DNA of 55,091 bases, the filler included, from Sphacelaria rigidula (taxonomy: Eukaryota): NCBI GenBank assembly GCA_964200075.2. It is 6 parts of 6 records of this genome, joined end to end, with 100 filler letters (N's around TTAATTAATTAA, not from the genome) between each part and the next. Parts side by side here need not be neighbours in the genome. Positions count along the whole stretch, not along the records: positions 27,598 to 36,695 come from CAXNAA020009302.1; positions 36,796 to 45,893 come from CAXNAA020009303.1; positions 45,994 to 55,091 come from CAXNAA020009304.1; 3 more parts are not named here. One strand, written 5' to 3'. A program made the translations under genes and the position numbers. The notes below the pieces were generated by a model that did no database searches, had not been told where the DNA came from, and saw only the letters and a list, made by a program, of their open reading frames with translations. Below are positions 34,201 through 46,990 of the stretch, piece by piece. How positions within the stretch are numbered: position 1 is the stretch's first letter; every line of letters begins with the position of its first letter.

Positions 34201-36695
34201 CCCATATTTCTTCCGACCTCTGCGGTACGTGTGGGATGAATGGAGCTTTGCGAATACGTACGACTCGGAGTTTGATTTCGGATGTTTTCCAATACAACGG
34301 TCTCTTCCTACTGTGGTGTTTGTGTCCCTAGCGTGTATGGTCATCTTCCTGTGGATTCCGCCAACATGGTGGCTCGAGCCTTGTTACGGGCGCAGCGGGG
34401 AAGGAAAGCGTGGTGAAGCTTTCTCTGAAGTATTCATGCGACACGTGGTAGCCTGGTACATACAACAGTACACGACTTCATTTTCGTTTCGGTTTGTTCC
34501 ACTGGCATTGCTGTGTCTTGCGCGTGTGAATCTTGGAATTCGCCAAGCTACACCTCTCAAGTTCATGTGCCGTTTTCCTTCGTTTCAGCGCATGTACGCA
34601 CGGGCGAAGATCAGCTGCAGTACTGTGGTGGGCACTCGAGAGAGAGACATGGCACTTGTCGGATGTTTTTTATAAATCAATATACCGTCAGTTCGTATCG
34701 GGTAGGGGGTAGGCTTGCTGTCCTCAACCCGGTGGCTTGTAGCAATTTCAATACAAACGTTGCTGTACCTGCCTCGCGTGTTCTCATAGCGCGCTGAGTA
34801 CTCGTTCTTCAGTGTTTCCTTGCGTATGTAATCATGTGTGTATACTATGTACCGTATGGCGGTACAGTGATCTTTGAATAGAAAAGATTTGCTGACCACC
34901 GTGGCGGTTGTTGCACTAACTCTCTCAAAAAATATATATATATATTTTTGCTGTCACGGCGGTCTGTGTAAGGCGATTCACTCTCCTGGACAACGATGCC
35001 AAAAGGCTGGAAGTTCACTACATCGCCATCTTACAAATATAATCTACCCGCCTAATATTGTTGTACACGGATACTTGCAAGTTTCTGCCGTTGTTGTCTC
35101 CACTTTTTGAAGTTCGACGCTCTTGCTTCTCAGATGTTGGAGGAAATGAACTTCTCAACATCTTTGAATTCGAAATTAATAGTATTTGCTGATTCACCAG
35201 TCTAACGTGCAAAATAAGTTTTGAATCCCCGGAGCTCTTTTGAACGACCAGGTGCAATCATTCGTCTTCCGTGGTTCAGCATATTTGCACGTCTTGGCTT
35301 GGAGTCCCAAGCTCGTGAGAACCATGATAGTGTGGTGTCCCTGTGATGAAGTAACGGGCCCTTCAATATCCTTCGTCGAGCAGATCGTAACCTCAACCCT
35401 TGAGAAAAAAAATATCGTGGGTGAAATTATAATCCAACACGTCCGTGGACAGCGTTGTTTATGACGGGAGCAACAGCTGTTGGTTGCGGAACCGTCAAAA
35501 GAGGGACTGCCCTTCTTCTGGATGGGCAGCAAAATGTCTTATCTTGGCATTGTTCGTATTTGTCGATGTGGAGGACCATGAACTCGTTGTTGTAATCCGT
35601 GACCAGTTCTTGTTCCAGTGCTGGAGGGCATTTATGATTCAGTTCTGGTCGTGGTCTGTGGTGTCGCTCAGTTTGCACTTTGTGAAAACTACTCCTTTTG
35701 TAACATGGTGACTAACGACCGTCGATCACGAGTCTGCCGTCATCATACGGGGAAGAATATATTTGTTTGTGTACAGTCCGTATATATTTCACTTGAAGGT
35801 CTTGCTATTTTTTCCCTTTCGTACTTTTCTCGAGAATTCGGATATTATTTCCGAGTCAATCAAACAATTGCTGAAGAACAGCTCCATGTACAGATTTCGT
35901 CGACAATCTGCCGTAGCATCGGTCTGACGTCGATTGATTGCCTGACCCCGATGAGAAATATGCTTCTCTCACGTATTTCGAAGAAACTTTTTTTCGCCAA
36001 AATTTTGGAGATTTTGAAAAAGAAAAGACCCGTTCGTAATATCCTTACATCTTGAATAAAGCGGGCAATGCATTGCGAAGGGGTGCGACGTTTTCGGGAG
36101 ATTTGAGTCTTGCGGGCATTGAGAATGAGTTGTGTCATTCACTCTGAATTGACCATTTCTCATGTGTGTGATTTTTTTCCATAAAACACTGTGTGTGGTA
36201 TGGTTACCGTTACGAGCTGGGCCAGCTTGAAAGCGGCCAAAATTTGCTCACACCACAACTTTCCCCACTTTCCCGAATAAACCCGATGTAATCAGATCAC
36301 AGTGAAGGACAGGTCACTCTGGTGACACGGAACCGCCGCTTAGGGAAGAAAAAAAAAACAAGAAATGTACTGCACAACATAACCTTCACGACGGACGAAG
36401 AAAAAAAGATTATCTGTCAGTGTTCGAACTCATGACCTCAATAATCGGGGTCTCCCATCCCTTGAAATGTAGCGGTGCAGCAGCGTCACGCTAACCGTTG
36501 CACGCACGGCCCAATTCGACGACTCTTGAGCTGAAATTTCAGGAAAACCTTCTGCATCCCCAAGGAAATGAAACACCCCGTGAGCAGCTGCAGATTCTCA
36601 TTTTTTCCCTGGACTTAAGATATTATCTTGCTTTTTACAGTGTTTTCGTGAGACTGAGAGTAGATGACACGATTGAGAGTGAAAAGCGGTCAATC

Positions 36696-36795
36696 NNNNN
36701 NNNNNNNNNNNNNNNNNNNNNNNNNNNNNNNNNNNNNNNTTAATTAATTAANNNNNNNNNNNNNNNNNNNNNNNNNNNNNNNNNNNNNNNNNNNN
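36696..36795. other. Artificial scaffold linker
   Basis: N44-TTAATTAATTAA-N44. Confidence 0.98.
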
Positions 36796-39289
36796 CAGAT
36801 GACAATGGCACGGAACAGCAGGAGAACCCCCCCCCCCCCCTCCGGAAAGTAAACGGTGGTGGCATTAACACGTTTGATACATTAGACACTAGCGAGAAAA
36901 CGATCGCTACGCTGGGAGCTAGATGGTGGGCACAGACGACGAATCAGGGAGGGGATAAGATATGTGAAAGATTTTTGTGTAATATATGGAAGATACGTCA
37001 TGAGCGCCCAAATGTTAGAGGTGTCTCTATTAGGAGTAGGAACGGTGCTCCGTCTCGAACTGGATACGTGGTCAATGATCAAACGACTAAGGCAAGCAAA
37101 AAAATCAGTACAACCCCCTCCGAAATAAACAGGAAATGTCAACAACAACAGCAACAACACCAAAATAAAGAAGAAACGGAACACGAAGATCACGCAGAAA
37201 ATGTGTATGAGCACAGCTAGAGACATCGGCAAGGTTGAAAGCCAAGGAAGGAAGTCAAGAGCCGATAAGATGAGACAGAGGTATAGTATAGTATATCACT
37301 TTCGTCCTACCCTCGCCTTTGCTACTCATTCCATAGTCGGGTACAAAGCGAGTCACTCTGTTGACGATTTCCATCCTGAATTCCTCCCGAGCTGTTGCTG
37401 TTGTTGTGACGGCGATGGCGACTCTCTTGTTCCTTGTTCTCATTTTCTCATCGCAGCAGCCTCTTGCTCGCGGCGAAGGTCCGATGGCCGTTTGTCTTCC
37501 GGTGACCGTTTGTCTTCGAGTTGCCACGCCTCCTCGAGCTCCTAGACCCTATCCTCGACCCCAAGGTGTCATTGCCCACGTTCTTTGCGGCAATGACCTA
37601 GAGAGCCTCCTGTATGCTGCTCACAAAGTATGCCACGAGGGGCTACCCCTCGGCCCTATTCGTACCGCCAAGCACGCCCTCTCCAAAGGGCTTGCGTTGT
37701 CCGTGTGTGGCTTCCGGGAATCTTTTACCTTTCGACCGTGGGTTCAAGTAAATGATGATTGAAGAAGCGAGAACAAGGAACGTTCTTAGTGCGGGTCCAA
37801 GTCTTGTCCTACCTACCACTTCAACTGTGACGATGGTATTTCGGTACGTCGGTACGGGCGGGGCCGAGTCACCGAATCCAGACGTTCATCCGACACGAGA
37901 CAGAAAGAAGCGCCTGAATCTTGTGATGACGCCCCCAGTGTAAATGTTTGAATTTTCCTGATGATACGGTGGCAAGGTGAGAGTTCGGATTTGCTCGGGT
38001 TTCACTGCCACATTGTCGCCGCGCCCCCTTGGTCAAAGTGGCATATCAAAGCTAGGTGAGGCAGAATTTGTTGGTAAAATCGCTACGGGAAAAGTCTGGT
38101 CCTGGTGACCGTCGTCCGAAAACGTGAAGATGAGAGTTGTCAGTAGTTCAAATGAAAATCAAGCTGCGCTAGCGGTGATTGGATCCTCAACAGGTAACTG
38201 CGAGGTAGGTACGAGGGGGACGGATGAGTTGATGGCTTGCTCCACTGAGGCCAGGAATCGTCGTTCGGAGGAAATAGAAGAGTTAGAAGTGCCGCGGATA
38301 TGCGCGTGATTCTCATCGCTTTCATCGATTTGATGCCTTGTCGCAGATGAAATGATCGTCCATTAAAGTAATAGGAATCCAGCCGTGGCTACAAGGTAGA
38401 CATATCCAAGGTATTATAAGTATTGTAAACAATGTGGAACAACCCGCTAGGGGAAGCTGGAGGACGGGAAACGAAGCAGGGACATAGGACACGCAGAGTA
38501 TTTTGACAACGATAGCAATAGTGGAAACGGAACAAAGAAAAGAAGAAACGGAAAGGAACGAGACAGAAAGGGGAGGAAAAGAAGAGAGACAGACGAGGAC
38601 AAACAAATGCCAAGGTAGATCTCATACTCGTCCCGACAAAAAAAAACCAAAAACGAAATAAAGGGTCGGCCTCTCCCACATTGCTTCAGGGGTGGACACC
38701 GCCGCACAAAAACCAAACCAAACCAAAATACACACACAAAAACTGCTGTGCTGGAGCGGGTTGTCGCCCCCTTCGAATTGCGCAAGGTAGGCCCGGTAGT
38801 CGAGGAGTGTGTGAGAGTGGGGATGTGGAGGAAGAGGCCGCCCTCCCAAGGTTTGGAAAGAAACACGGCAATGCACGCCACAATCTAAACACAAGCAAAC
38901 ACGGTCAGCCTGAGCCAGTGGATGCGAATTCAATTTGCCACCGTGACTGATACAATCAGACAGACTTGGTATTCTCAAGTATTTGGTTCTGGACACACTC
39001 ACACTCACCCGCTGAATCACCCGCCCCTGAGGATGGAGTATCAATCTCTCCGCCGTCTTCTTTGGTAGGGCCATTACCGTCACATGTATGGAGTAGAAGA
39101 CGCTCGGAGCTCGGGGAAAGAAGCAGCATTTTCCGAGCCCGCTTAAGTTACATATAGGGTTTAATATATGGCAGCTGTGTGGGTGTGAGTGCTGTATGTC
39201 AACGCGAAAACCGGGCTGTGTGCTGCACGAGGAGATGCGTGCGTTGGCTCTGACGTTCACGAGCGTGACCGTCGGGATGTGACTTGCAG

Positions 39290-42022
39290 GTGAAGATTTG
39301 GAACACTCGATTGCGGCTGATGCAGCTCGTCGAAATGGTGCGCGACTTGGGCCAGTATGGGCCCGCCAAGCCACCAGCAGAGCACGGTCTGGACGAGGTG
39401 AATTTAGTGCTCGGCGTTCAGGCCGGCGAAATCCTCGTGCACATTTCTTGAGCGTTACGAAGCAATATCGATGTGCTAGGTAGTCAGCTATTCCAGGATG
39501 AAGTCTGGCTTTGGATGATGCTTGCAAGACGGTCGAGGAGACCAGTTCAATGTCACTTAATCTGATTTGAGGTTTTGCTCGTGTGATTCCTCAGGTGAAG
39601 GAAGAGTACGAGGGCGTTCGGATCGAAAAAACGCAGCACTACCAAGCTGACCCAACGGGTAAATACTCAACTTTGTTTGTGCTGCGTGACCGCGAGCGAG
39701 CCCATTGTGTTGAGTATATATGGATCAGAGGCAGTGCTAGGGCTGGGTTTCGTGACTGCAGTATCGTAGTAATGTAGCCACGAACTTATTTGCGTTGAAA
39801 AGCTTGGTCAGCGGCACTTGCTTTTTGTATCGGTGCTGGGCTGCACGCAGTTTATCTGGTGAGGTTTCCATTGTTTTTGTTCAATATTTTGGGGCGCCAC
39901 TTTCTCCCCTTGTACTAACTGTCGCAAACACAAGAGCTGCGTCAAAGCATCCTCCACTTACCTTGTTCGGCACAGTGGAGTGTGAGGTTCATGTCGCAGT
40001 CATTGCTTGTACACATTTTTGCGTGTACATATATGGTACGCGTGCGGAGCCCTCTATAGAGACACGACACCGTTCGCCTCTGCTGCCCCATCTCCTTTTC
40101 TTCTGCTGACGTCCTGGTATGGTAAGGTAAACGCACAGGGAACGGGGTAGGGCCTCAACTTCTCGAAACGTTCGAGAAGGTTTGCACTGATGCAGAAGCG
40201 ATAGTGCGTAAGGACCACGCGCAGCGTCGCATAGCCGTTACCCAGGAAGCACTGGACGAAAAAATGGATAATCTCCGTGGGGCGGTGACAATGGGTGAGA
40301 CCAGAGTATTAGGCAACGTTGGTGGGGCGGTAACAACGAGTAGTTCTATCCATCAGGTCGCTCCTTGTGTGCCCCCCGCCAAGCTGTTGTTAACATTGTT
40401 CGGAAATTGAGATCCCACCGTGTGGCTCCCGTAGGGCAATGCACGGTTGTATATGTAGCAGCAGTTTATGCCAAGCTTCATTGCGTACCAATGCTTGCAT
40501 GTCTCTTGCCGCATTGTATGCACCAGGCGACAAGCCGAGTTGGGGCTTGAAAGCGCCTATTGTTGGTATCGTAACACGAACATCGTACCTCTTCGGCGTG
40601 ACAATATTGACACACCCGTTGGCACTGCCTCTTCCGCTTGACGATCCTGCGCGAGTCTGAGCGCCGCGTGCCAGAAGTGAAGTTCTCAATGCCGATTCGG
40701 TATAAATGTTAAAACGGCTGGAATCGGCACGACACAGCAGCAATCGGCATTACACGTTTGAATAAAAACCCAATCGTCTAGAGATAACCGCCGGGCGCAT
40801 TGCAGCTCTTCAGTATGAATTGTTGTCTTCGACGTCCGTGTTTAACACTTTCAGCATATCCAATGGGCCTACCGGAGTTCGACCCTGTACGGTTGACCAT
40901 AGAAGGCGAGGACGGGTTGCAAGGCACGCAGGCAGGAGAGGAGTTGCTGGATGCAGACACCGCGGCACTATGGATGGCAGGTGCATCTCACGAGCAACAG
41001 CAGCATAGTTCAACTAGTATGTATACAGCATGGCCGTCGGCAGGGGCTGAGGAGCAGGGGAATGTAGGGGGTCCTACTGTTAACGAAGTCTTGAGATGTG
41101 CTTTGTGAATTTTTGTGCACAGTAAATTGGCCGATGGAGTGCATTGCATATATTTTAGGGTATGGTTTTCGTAGGGGGAGCGTCCTCTGAACTGTCGGTG
41201 AAGCCGTCTGAATCTCACCGTTCTGCGTTTCCTTCACTGCAACCGACTGATGTTCCAAAATATCCCGCCCTCGTGCACACCCCGGACGGCCTCTTGGGGC
41301 CTCAGGCAAGGAGTTCCGCAGGGATCAATCAGTGGGAGACAGGGTTGGACACAATGAAAAGACTCGCGTAACGTGCAAGCTGCAGAAGCCGGGATCTGGC
41401 GCGCCTGGGCGTGAGCCTGCTGTGAGTGAGGACGAGCGCAAAGCAATGATGGCGTACTACTTCAAACGCCAAGAGGAGCTCAAACGGCTTGCCGAGGTGT
41501 GTAGGGGGCATGAATTATAGGTGTCTGTGTCTGACGGGGGGGGGGCGGGGGGGGCGTACTCAGTTGTTGCTTGCCTTAGTCGTTTGGCCGTTGTCCACCC
41601 ATCCCTTTCGAGACGGAGCACAAGCGCTGTGTCTGACGGCGAGGCAAGATTGCTGCAGGGTTGAGAGGAAACCGGCTTCACCTTTTCTCGTAAGCAGTCA
41701 TGTGAAGACCTAGTGGGTCCAAACTAGAATATATATCATGTGAATGCACACGTAAGTTATGATGTCGGTATCCTTAGCCTCCCGTGACAAACAAAAAGTT
41801 GTCGCGTACTATGGCGCAGTTGACAGGATCGCTCTACCTTCATCGCTGGGGAGGCATTCGTTACGCGCACGGTGTACTGTCTGCAACATGTTTACCCTTC
41901 TCGCTGTGTCTCAATAAACGCAGGCGAACGATGATGATTATCTCGCGTCGGCGTGGGCGGACCCCAAACAGCTGCAGCGTTCGCTCAGGGGCACCACCAG
42001 CGTTCGCGCTCCTGGCGTGTGA
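39290..42022 (+). CDS. CFAP298: Cilia- and flagella-associated protein 298 (C21orf59/Kurly/FBB18), first exon not located
   Basis: Phase-consistent exons at 39290-39397, 39595-39658, 40127-40294, 40855-40980, 41306-41496 and 41924-42022 (TGA). Motifs: LRGAVTMAYPMGLPEFDPVR, GTQAG, VGHNEKT, GAPGREP, MMAYYFKRQEELKRL, DDDYLASAWAD. Confidence 0.95.
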
Positions 42023-43839
42023 CGCGTTTGGAGTTTGGTGGTACGATAGAACTTGCCATACGGTATATCTGGAAAGGATGCGGGTATTTGTGGTTGTGTG
42101 GGTTAGAGTCTTGTGTATGTTGGTGCTTCGAAAGCCCATGAATGTGGTGGAATCAAGTCCTTCGGCTTCACGAGTGGAAATAAGCGTTTTCGAGAGTAGA
42201 GGCGACCTTGGAAAACGACAACCTTGAGACTGTTGAGGCTGTCGAAGCTGTCAAGAAAGGAACACAGGCGGCGGTGTTTCGCATTCCACTGTCATGATAC
42301 GGGCTGAAATGGGTACTTGTACCTTGGTTGGCCATGAATGTTCCAACAACCTTGACGCGGATGGATGCCTAATTTATGGCATGGCTGTCAACAAACTGCG
42401 ACAAACAATTGCGTGTGTACATGCGCGTGGTGTTGAACGCATCAAAAACGCTGCGTAAGGAGCTTGCATGATCGTTGGTACGTATGAGGACGATTCAAGA
42501 TGTAAAAATTGTGGCGCACATTCCAGGGCATGCAGCATCTATTACATGTAGACACCCGCAGTCGAACGCGCACACATCGACAGGTTCCCTGAGCTCGCCA
42601 GAATACAGTGCTTGTATCGAGTGCGCATTGGTCCATCGTGAAGTAACATCTAAGGTGCGTGCACACAGTTGCGTAGTCTTTCCGCTCCGGAATGTGCAGC
42701 TCCAGTATCGTTTGTGCTGTACAGTTTACCGAAACAGTCATTGCTCAATGATTCCTCGATGGATCGGGGACTAACCAAGCACATCATGCGCTATTGTGAG
42801 GCCATCAAGCACTGGTTGATTGATTGATCGTTTCGAGTTCACTGATACCCGGGGAATCCAGCCATGGTCATGAGAGAGACATGCCGTAGGTAAACTGCTT
42901 TGGGCGTAACGGTAAAGAAATGCAGCTGTTGTGGACAGCGGCTGATCTCCTTGATTCGATTGTGGCTGTTGGTCGTTATGGCGCAGGTCTCATCCATCCT
43001 GGAAGCGTCTTCGCTGCCGATTCCGGATGAAATTACCACATCGGAATAAAAAAACGGATCCAAGCTCGATTCTGAGTTTTAGAGAGACATGGTCTCAACG
43101 CATGACCAACTCCATGGTAAGATCTGAACCTTCAAGCTCTAGAGCAGTGTAAAAAATCGTAAGCAAACACGCTCAACTGCAGGCCGTACACCTCGTCCTG
43201 CATAACGTGAAAGAAATGCTCACTCTTCTTCACTGACGACACTAAGTGCTTTGCAGCAGCGAGCTGGATCTTCGTCCACCTGGAGCTGAATTGTTCCGCG
43301 TGAAAGTACATCTGGAATGACTGATTGATTGTCGCGCAGAAGCTGACCCCCCAGGGATCCAGTCGTGGTCACAGGATAGACATACCCGAGACAAAGCAAA
43401 ACAGAAACCCCCCTTCCTTGAAAAAGGAGGGACTTTAGATGAAGAAAAAATAGACAAAAAGGATGAACAATACGACACTGACATAAAAACTGGAAATGGG
43501 TGGCCGCTGCAACATGACTTCTATGGAAAAGGTCTTGCGCCAAAACACACGCTCATACCTAAAAAAACCCCGACAAGCCGGGGAAACAGATCGCGGCCCA
43601 TCTATTTCGACGTCAATATTTTCGGTATTAAGCTGTTATGCATGAACTCTACGGGAAACGGGGCACCAAACTGCTACTTGCATACACCGCGAGGAAAGGG
43701 CACATGAAAAATGAGAAGCAGGGAAGGAGGCAGAAGTAATGAAGCCCAAGACAGAGTAGGATCATGGGTAGGTACATAAACCAGGGAACGCCGTAACACC
43801 TCTCACCAAGGACAAAGTCAACAAATCGATAGGAAAAGG

Positions 43840-44980
43840 CAGGGGTACACGAGGCTCTGTGTTAGCCAAGCTTCTCGCATCCATCCCCAGTCCGGTACAA
43901 AGCGGGTCATTCTCTCGGTCATTTCCATCTTGGATTCCTCGCGAGCTGTTGCTTTTCTCGTGCTAGCGAGGGCAATTCTCTGATTGGCGGCTCTCGACGC
44001 AGCAGGCTCTCGTTTGTGGTAGGTGTCCGATTCCTGAATTGTCTTCGCGGCGCCATGTACCCTCGGGACTGTTTCGCCCTTTTCTCGACTCCAAGGCGCC
44101 TTTGCCCATTTTCTTTGGCGCAGTGACCCGATCTTGGCCGTAGTTAACCTCTAGACGGTAGATGAACCATTTCCCTCGCGTTCTGCGTGGAAGAGCCTCT
44201 AGTGCACGTAGGTTCTCCCGGAGCTTGTTTGAGGGGGGGGGGCAGCGGGCTCTTGTGTAGCAAATCGCCCGTGAAAAATGATGCGTTTGGGGAGGCGTGT
44301 TTTGTCCTGCCGGACAAGGACCCCGCGAACCAGAGTTGACGTTTGCGGATGATCGTCTCGATACGTTCGCAGTTGGTCATCCCGCGAGCACAGTTCTGTA
44401 CGAAAAAGTGGTGTATTCCGTTCGATATTTCCTGCGGAATTCAATCAATCATAGCAAAAACTTGTGATGAGCAGTGCTCCGACTGTCGAAGTCCTCGGAA
44501 CGTGGCGTCCATGTGACACATCCGTACAACAGAGCTTTCACCACCTCAGCTTGGAGCAGCCTGATTTTCGAATATAGCTGGGGGTTAGATCGATCGTAAA
44601 AGTGGGAACCATACTTTTGGAGACGTGCTCACGCTGCGTTGATGCGGCGGTTGATTTCGATGAAATTTTTCGCATCCGCGCTGACAGCACCACTAAGCTA
44701 GACAAATTTGGCCATCTGCTTCCACCGTGACTTGCCGCGCTGATGCGCAGGACGGTCTTTGTAGAACTGGACAATGACCGCAGGCGTGCGGACTCTGTCT
44801 TGTTCTCCCATACCATCGATCCGAACTCCTGGTAGGTCACTACTACCACCGCCATCATTTTAGCAAGCCCGCCTGGGGACCTCGGGACTATCCCGGCGTC
44901 ACCCGCATAACCATAGCCGACACCGCGTGCCGTACTTCCATCCAAAATATGCCCGGACTGGATCCTTGCAAGGGTCGGAC
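43840..44980 (-). mobile_element. Degenerate, 5'-truncated RTE-type LINE (RT C-terminal half)
   Basis: Minus-strand frames give YAGDAGIV (decayed YADD, 44909-44898), GLAKMMAV, KTE, EINRRINAA, EVVKALLYGCVTW, IRKRQLWFAG and RLPKRII, with stops and frameshifts. The 3' boundary is approximate. Confidence 0.9.
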
Positions 44981-45541
44981 AAATAATGATTCGTATAAAA
45001 ATTACTTGGTTTTAGTATGATGAGTCGACTCGTGACGAACCAATCCCTAGGCTTTATTTCAGCGTTGCAATCCAGGTACACGCAGCCCAGACACGTGGAA
45101 CGCCGCAAAAGTTGTGTGGATACCCCTTGGACCAGCGATCAACTTTTCCCTCCCTTTTGGGCAATCACGCCGAAGGAATCGTGATTTTGGTGATTTTGAG
45201 TTGTGATGATTTGTCCTAACCGTTGATCCTTGCACATGTCTACGTGTACTGATGCACCTACAATGTGGAGGGTATTGAATGCGGATAGAAATACGACCCA
45301 CCACAGGATTGGGCAAATCAGGAGCAGCAGGGGGTTGCATCAAGACGCTTGCACCGCATATGAGAGTGATATATTCCACGGTTCGGCCGAACAAAATCGT
45401 GATTGGACTCATATTCAAAACTTGAATCAATCAAAGATACGATTCGTACACAAGTTGTGATTTGTACATGTTTTGGGTTTGTGATTCGTACGACACCACT
45501 TTATTAAGTGCACAAATTCCCAGTGCGTGATTCGTGCTGTG

Positions 45542-45824
45542 CACCGTCAAAGGTACACGTTTCCTACCCTCCATTCGTGTGGCGTGAATCATAGGTGCAT
45601 GTTTCCCAATTTCCATTCATTCAGCATGAATTATGGGTACACGTTCTCCACCTTCCATTCATACAAGATGAATCAAGCGTACATACTTCCCAATTTGCGT
45701 TCACGTAGCACGAATCAGATGTACATGTCCCCCACCTTTCATTCATACGAGGTGAATCAAGCTTGTACGTGTTTCCAAATTTCCATTCATGCGGCATGAA
45801 TCATACGTACATGTTCCCTACCTT
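45542..45824. repeat. 42-bp minisatellite (~6.7 units) with alternating unit types
   Basis: Units begin RYGAATYA and contain TACAYGT-like and CATTCAT-like blocks; the middle alternates CCAATTT and CCACCTT. Confidence 0.85.
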
Positions 45825-45893
45825 ATTAAACAGCCGATCATCTATGTTGAGGATGGTGCTTTTGATTGAGGATGAGAACCCGGAGGATTAAAA

Positions 45894-45993
45894 NNNNNNN
45901 NNNNNNNNNNNNNNNNNNNNNNNNNNNNNNNNNNNNNTTAATTAATTAANNNNNNNNNNNNNNNNNNNNNNNNNNNNNNNNNNNNNNNNNNNN
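45894..45993. other. Artificial scaffold linker
   Basis: N44-TTAATTAATTAA-N44. Confidence 0.98.
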
Positions 45994-46179
45994 GGAAGCT
46001 CCCCGCCCGTGTCCTTTGTGTATCCTCGCTCGGCGATTACCAATCGCTCGAGAGACTGGCATCATTGATCTTACCAGCATGTGCCAAATTTTCCATGTCT
46101 CGAAACACCAAGCTGCGGAGAGTTTTCGTCGTCTCTTCGTCTTGCCTGAGCACCTCATCATCGATGCGAAGATCAGTTT

Positions 46180-46990
46180 CTCTCTGGCTCTCTTTTTGGA
46201 CAGCACGCGCCTCTGTGCGCTGAAGAACATGTCCTTGAAAAGCAGGGCAATATTCCCGTCACCGCTACTACTGTTCTCTGTCACACACATGCCCGCAAGG
46301 ACGGTGCTGCGGCAAAAACAGATAGATCCAATATGAACTTAGGGGGTGTTCATCGTCGATTGTCCGCCACCCCGACCGGAGGGGGAGTGCACGAGAGATC
46401 AAACACTTGTGAAGACCTGCTTGACATGCAGAGTGAATAACGATACCTATGATGGTGACCTAACTGTTGCTAGCATCGTGCAGAGGGGTGCGTCAGCTGC
46501 GACCTGGAGCTTCCGTTGACTTACTCTACCTCCCGTCTGCAGACGTCTACCTATATGGGTCACACTCGGTATGGATATCACATGTTATTATGTACCCAAA
46601 TTCGGAACATCTTTGAAAACGAAAGAATTCGTTTTTTCAAAGTATATCGACATGGTTGAAATGACTCTCCTAACCACCAATGCAACAATCGATTCCTCTC
46701 TGCCTCTCTTTTTGGACAGGACGCGCCTCTGTACGCTGCAGAACACGGTGATGTTCCCGTCACCGCTACTGTTCTCTGTCACACATATGCCAACAAGGGC
46801 GGTGGTGCGGCAATAACAAATACTTTCAATTTGAACTTGGGGGTGTTATTCATCGTTGATTTTACCCCACATCTGACCCTCTGGCTGCCCGGCCAGAAGA
46901 GCGTGCCACACGCCAGTTGAGGGGGGTGTATGAGAGATCGAACACTTGTAGAGACCTTCTTGACATGCGGAGTGAAATAAAATACCTATA
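46180..46990 (-). pseudogene. Two diverged tandem copies of a coding-like segment (~46180-46450 and ~46697-46990)
   Basis: Direct repeat of ~270-290 bp with indels. On the minus strand both copies begin at ATAG|GTAT and translate similarly (GIVIHSACQAGLHKC / GILFHSACQEGLYKC; TENSSSGDGNI / TENSSGDGNI; QRRVLSKKR) but need frameshifts. Confidence 0.45.

Noticed and set aside
38622..39527. 301-aa minus-strand ORF
   Set aside because: TTG start, antisense to a CFAP298 exon, and the composition is not protein-like.
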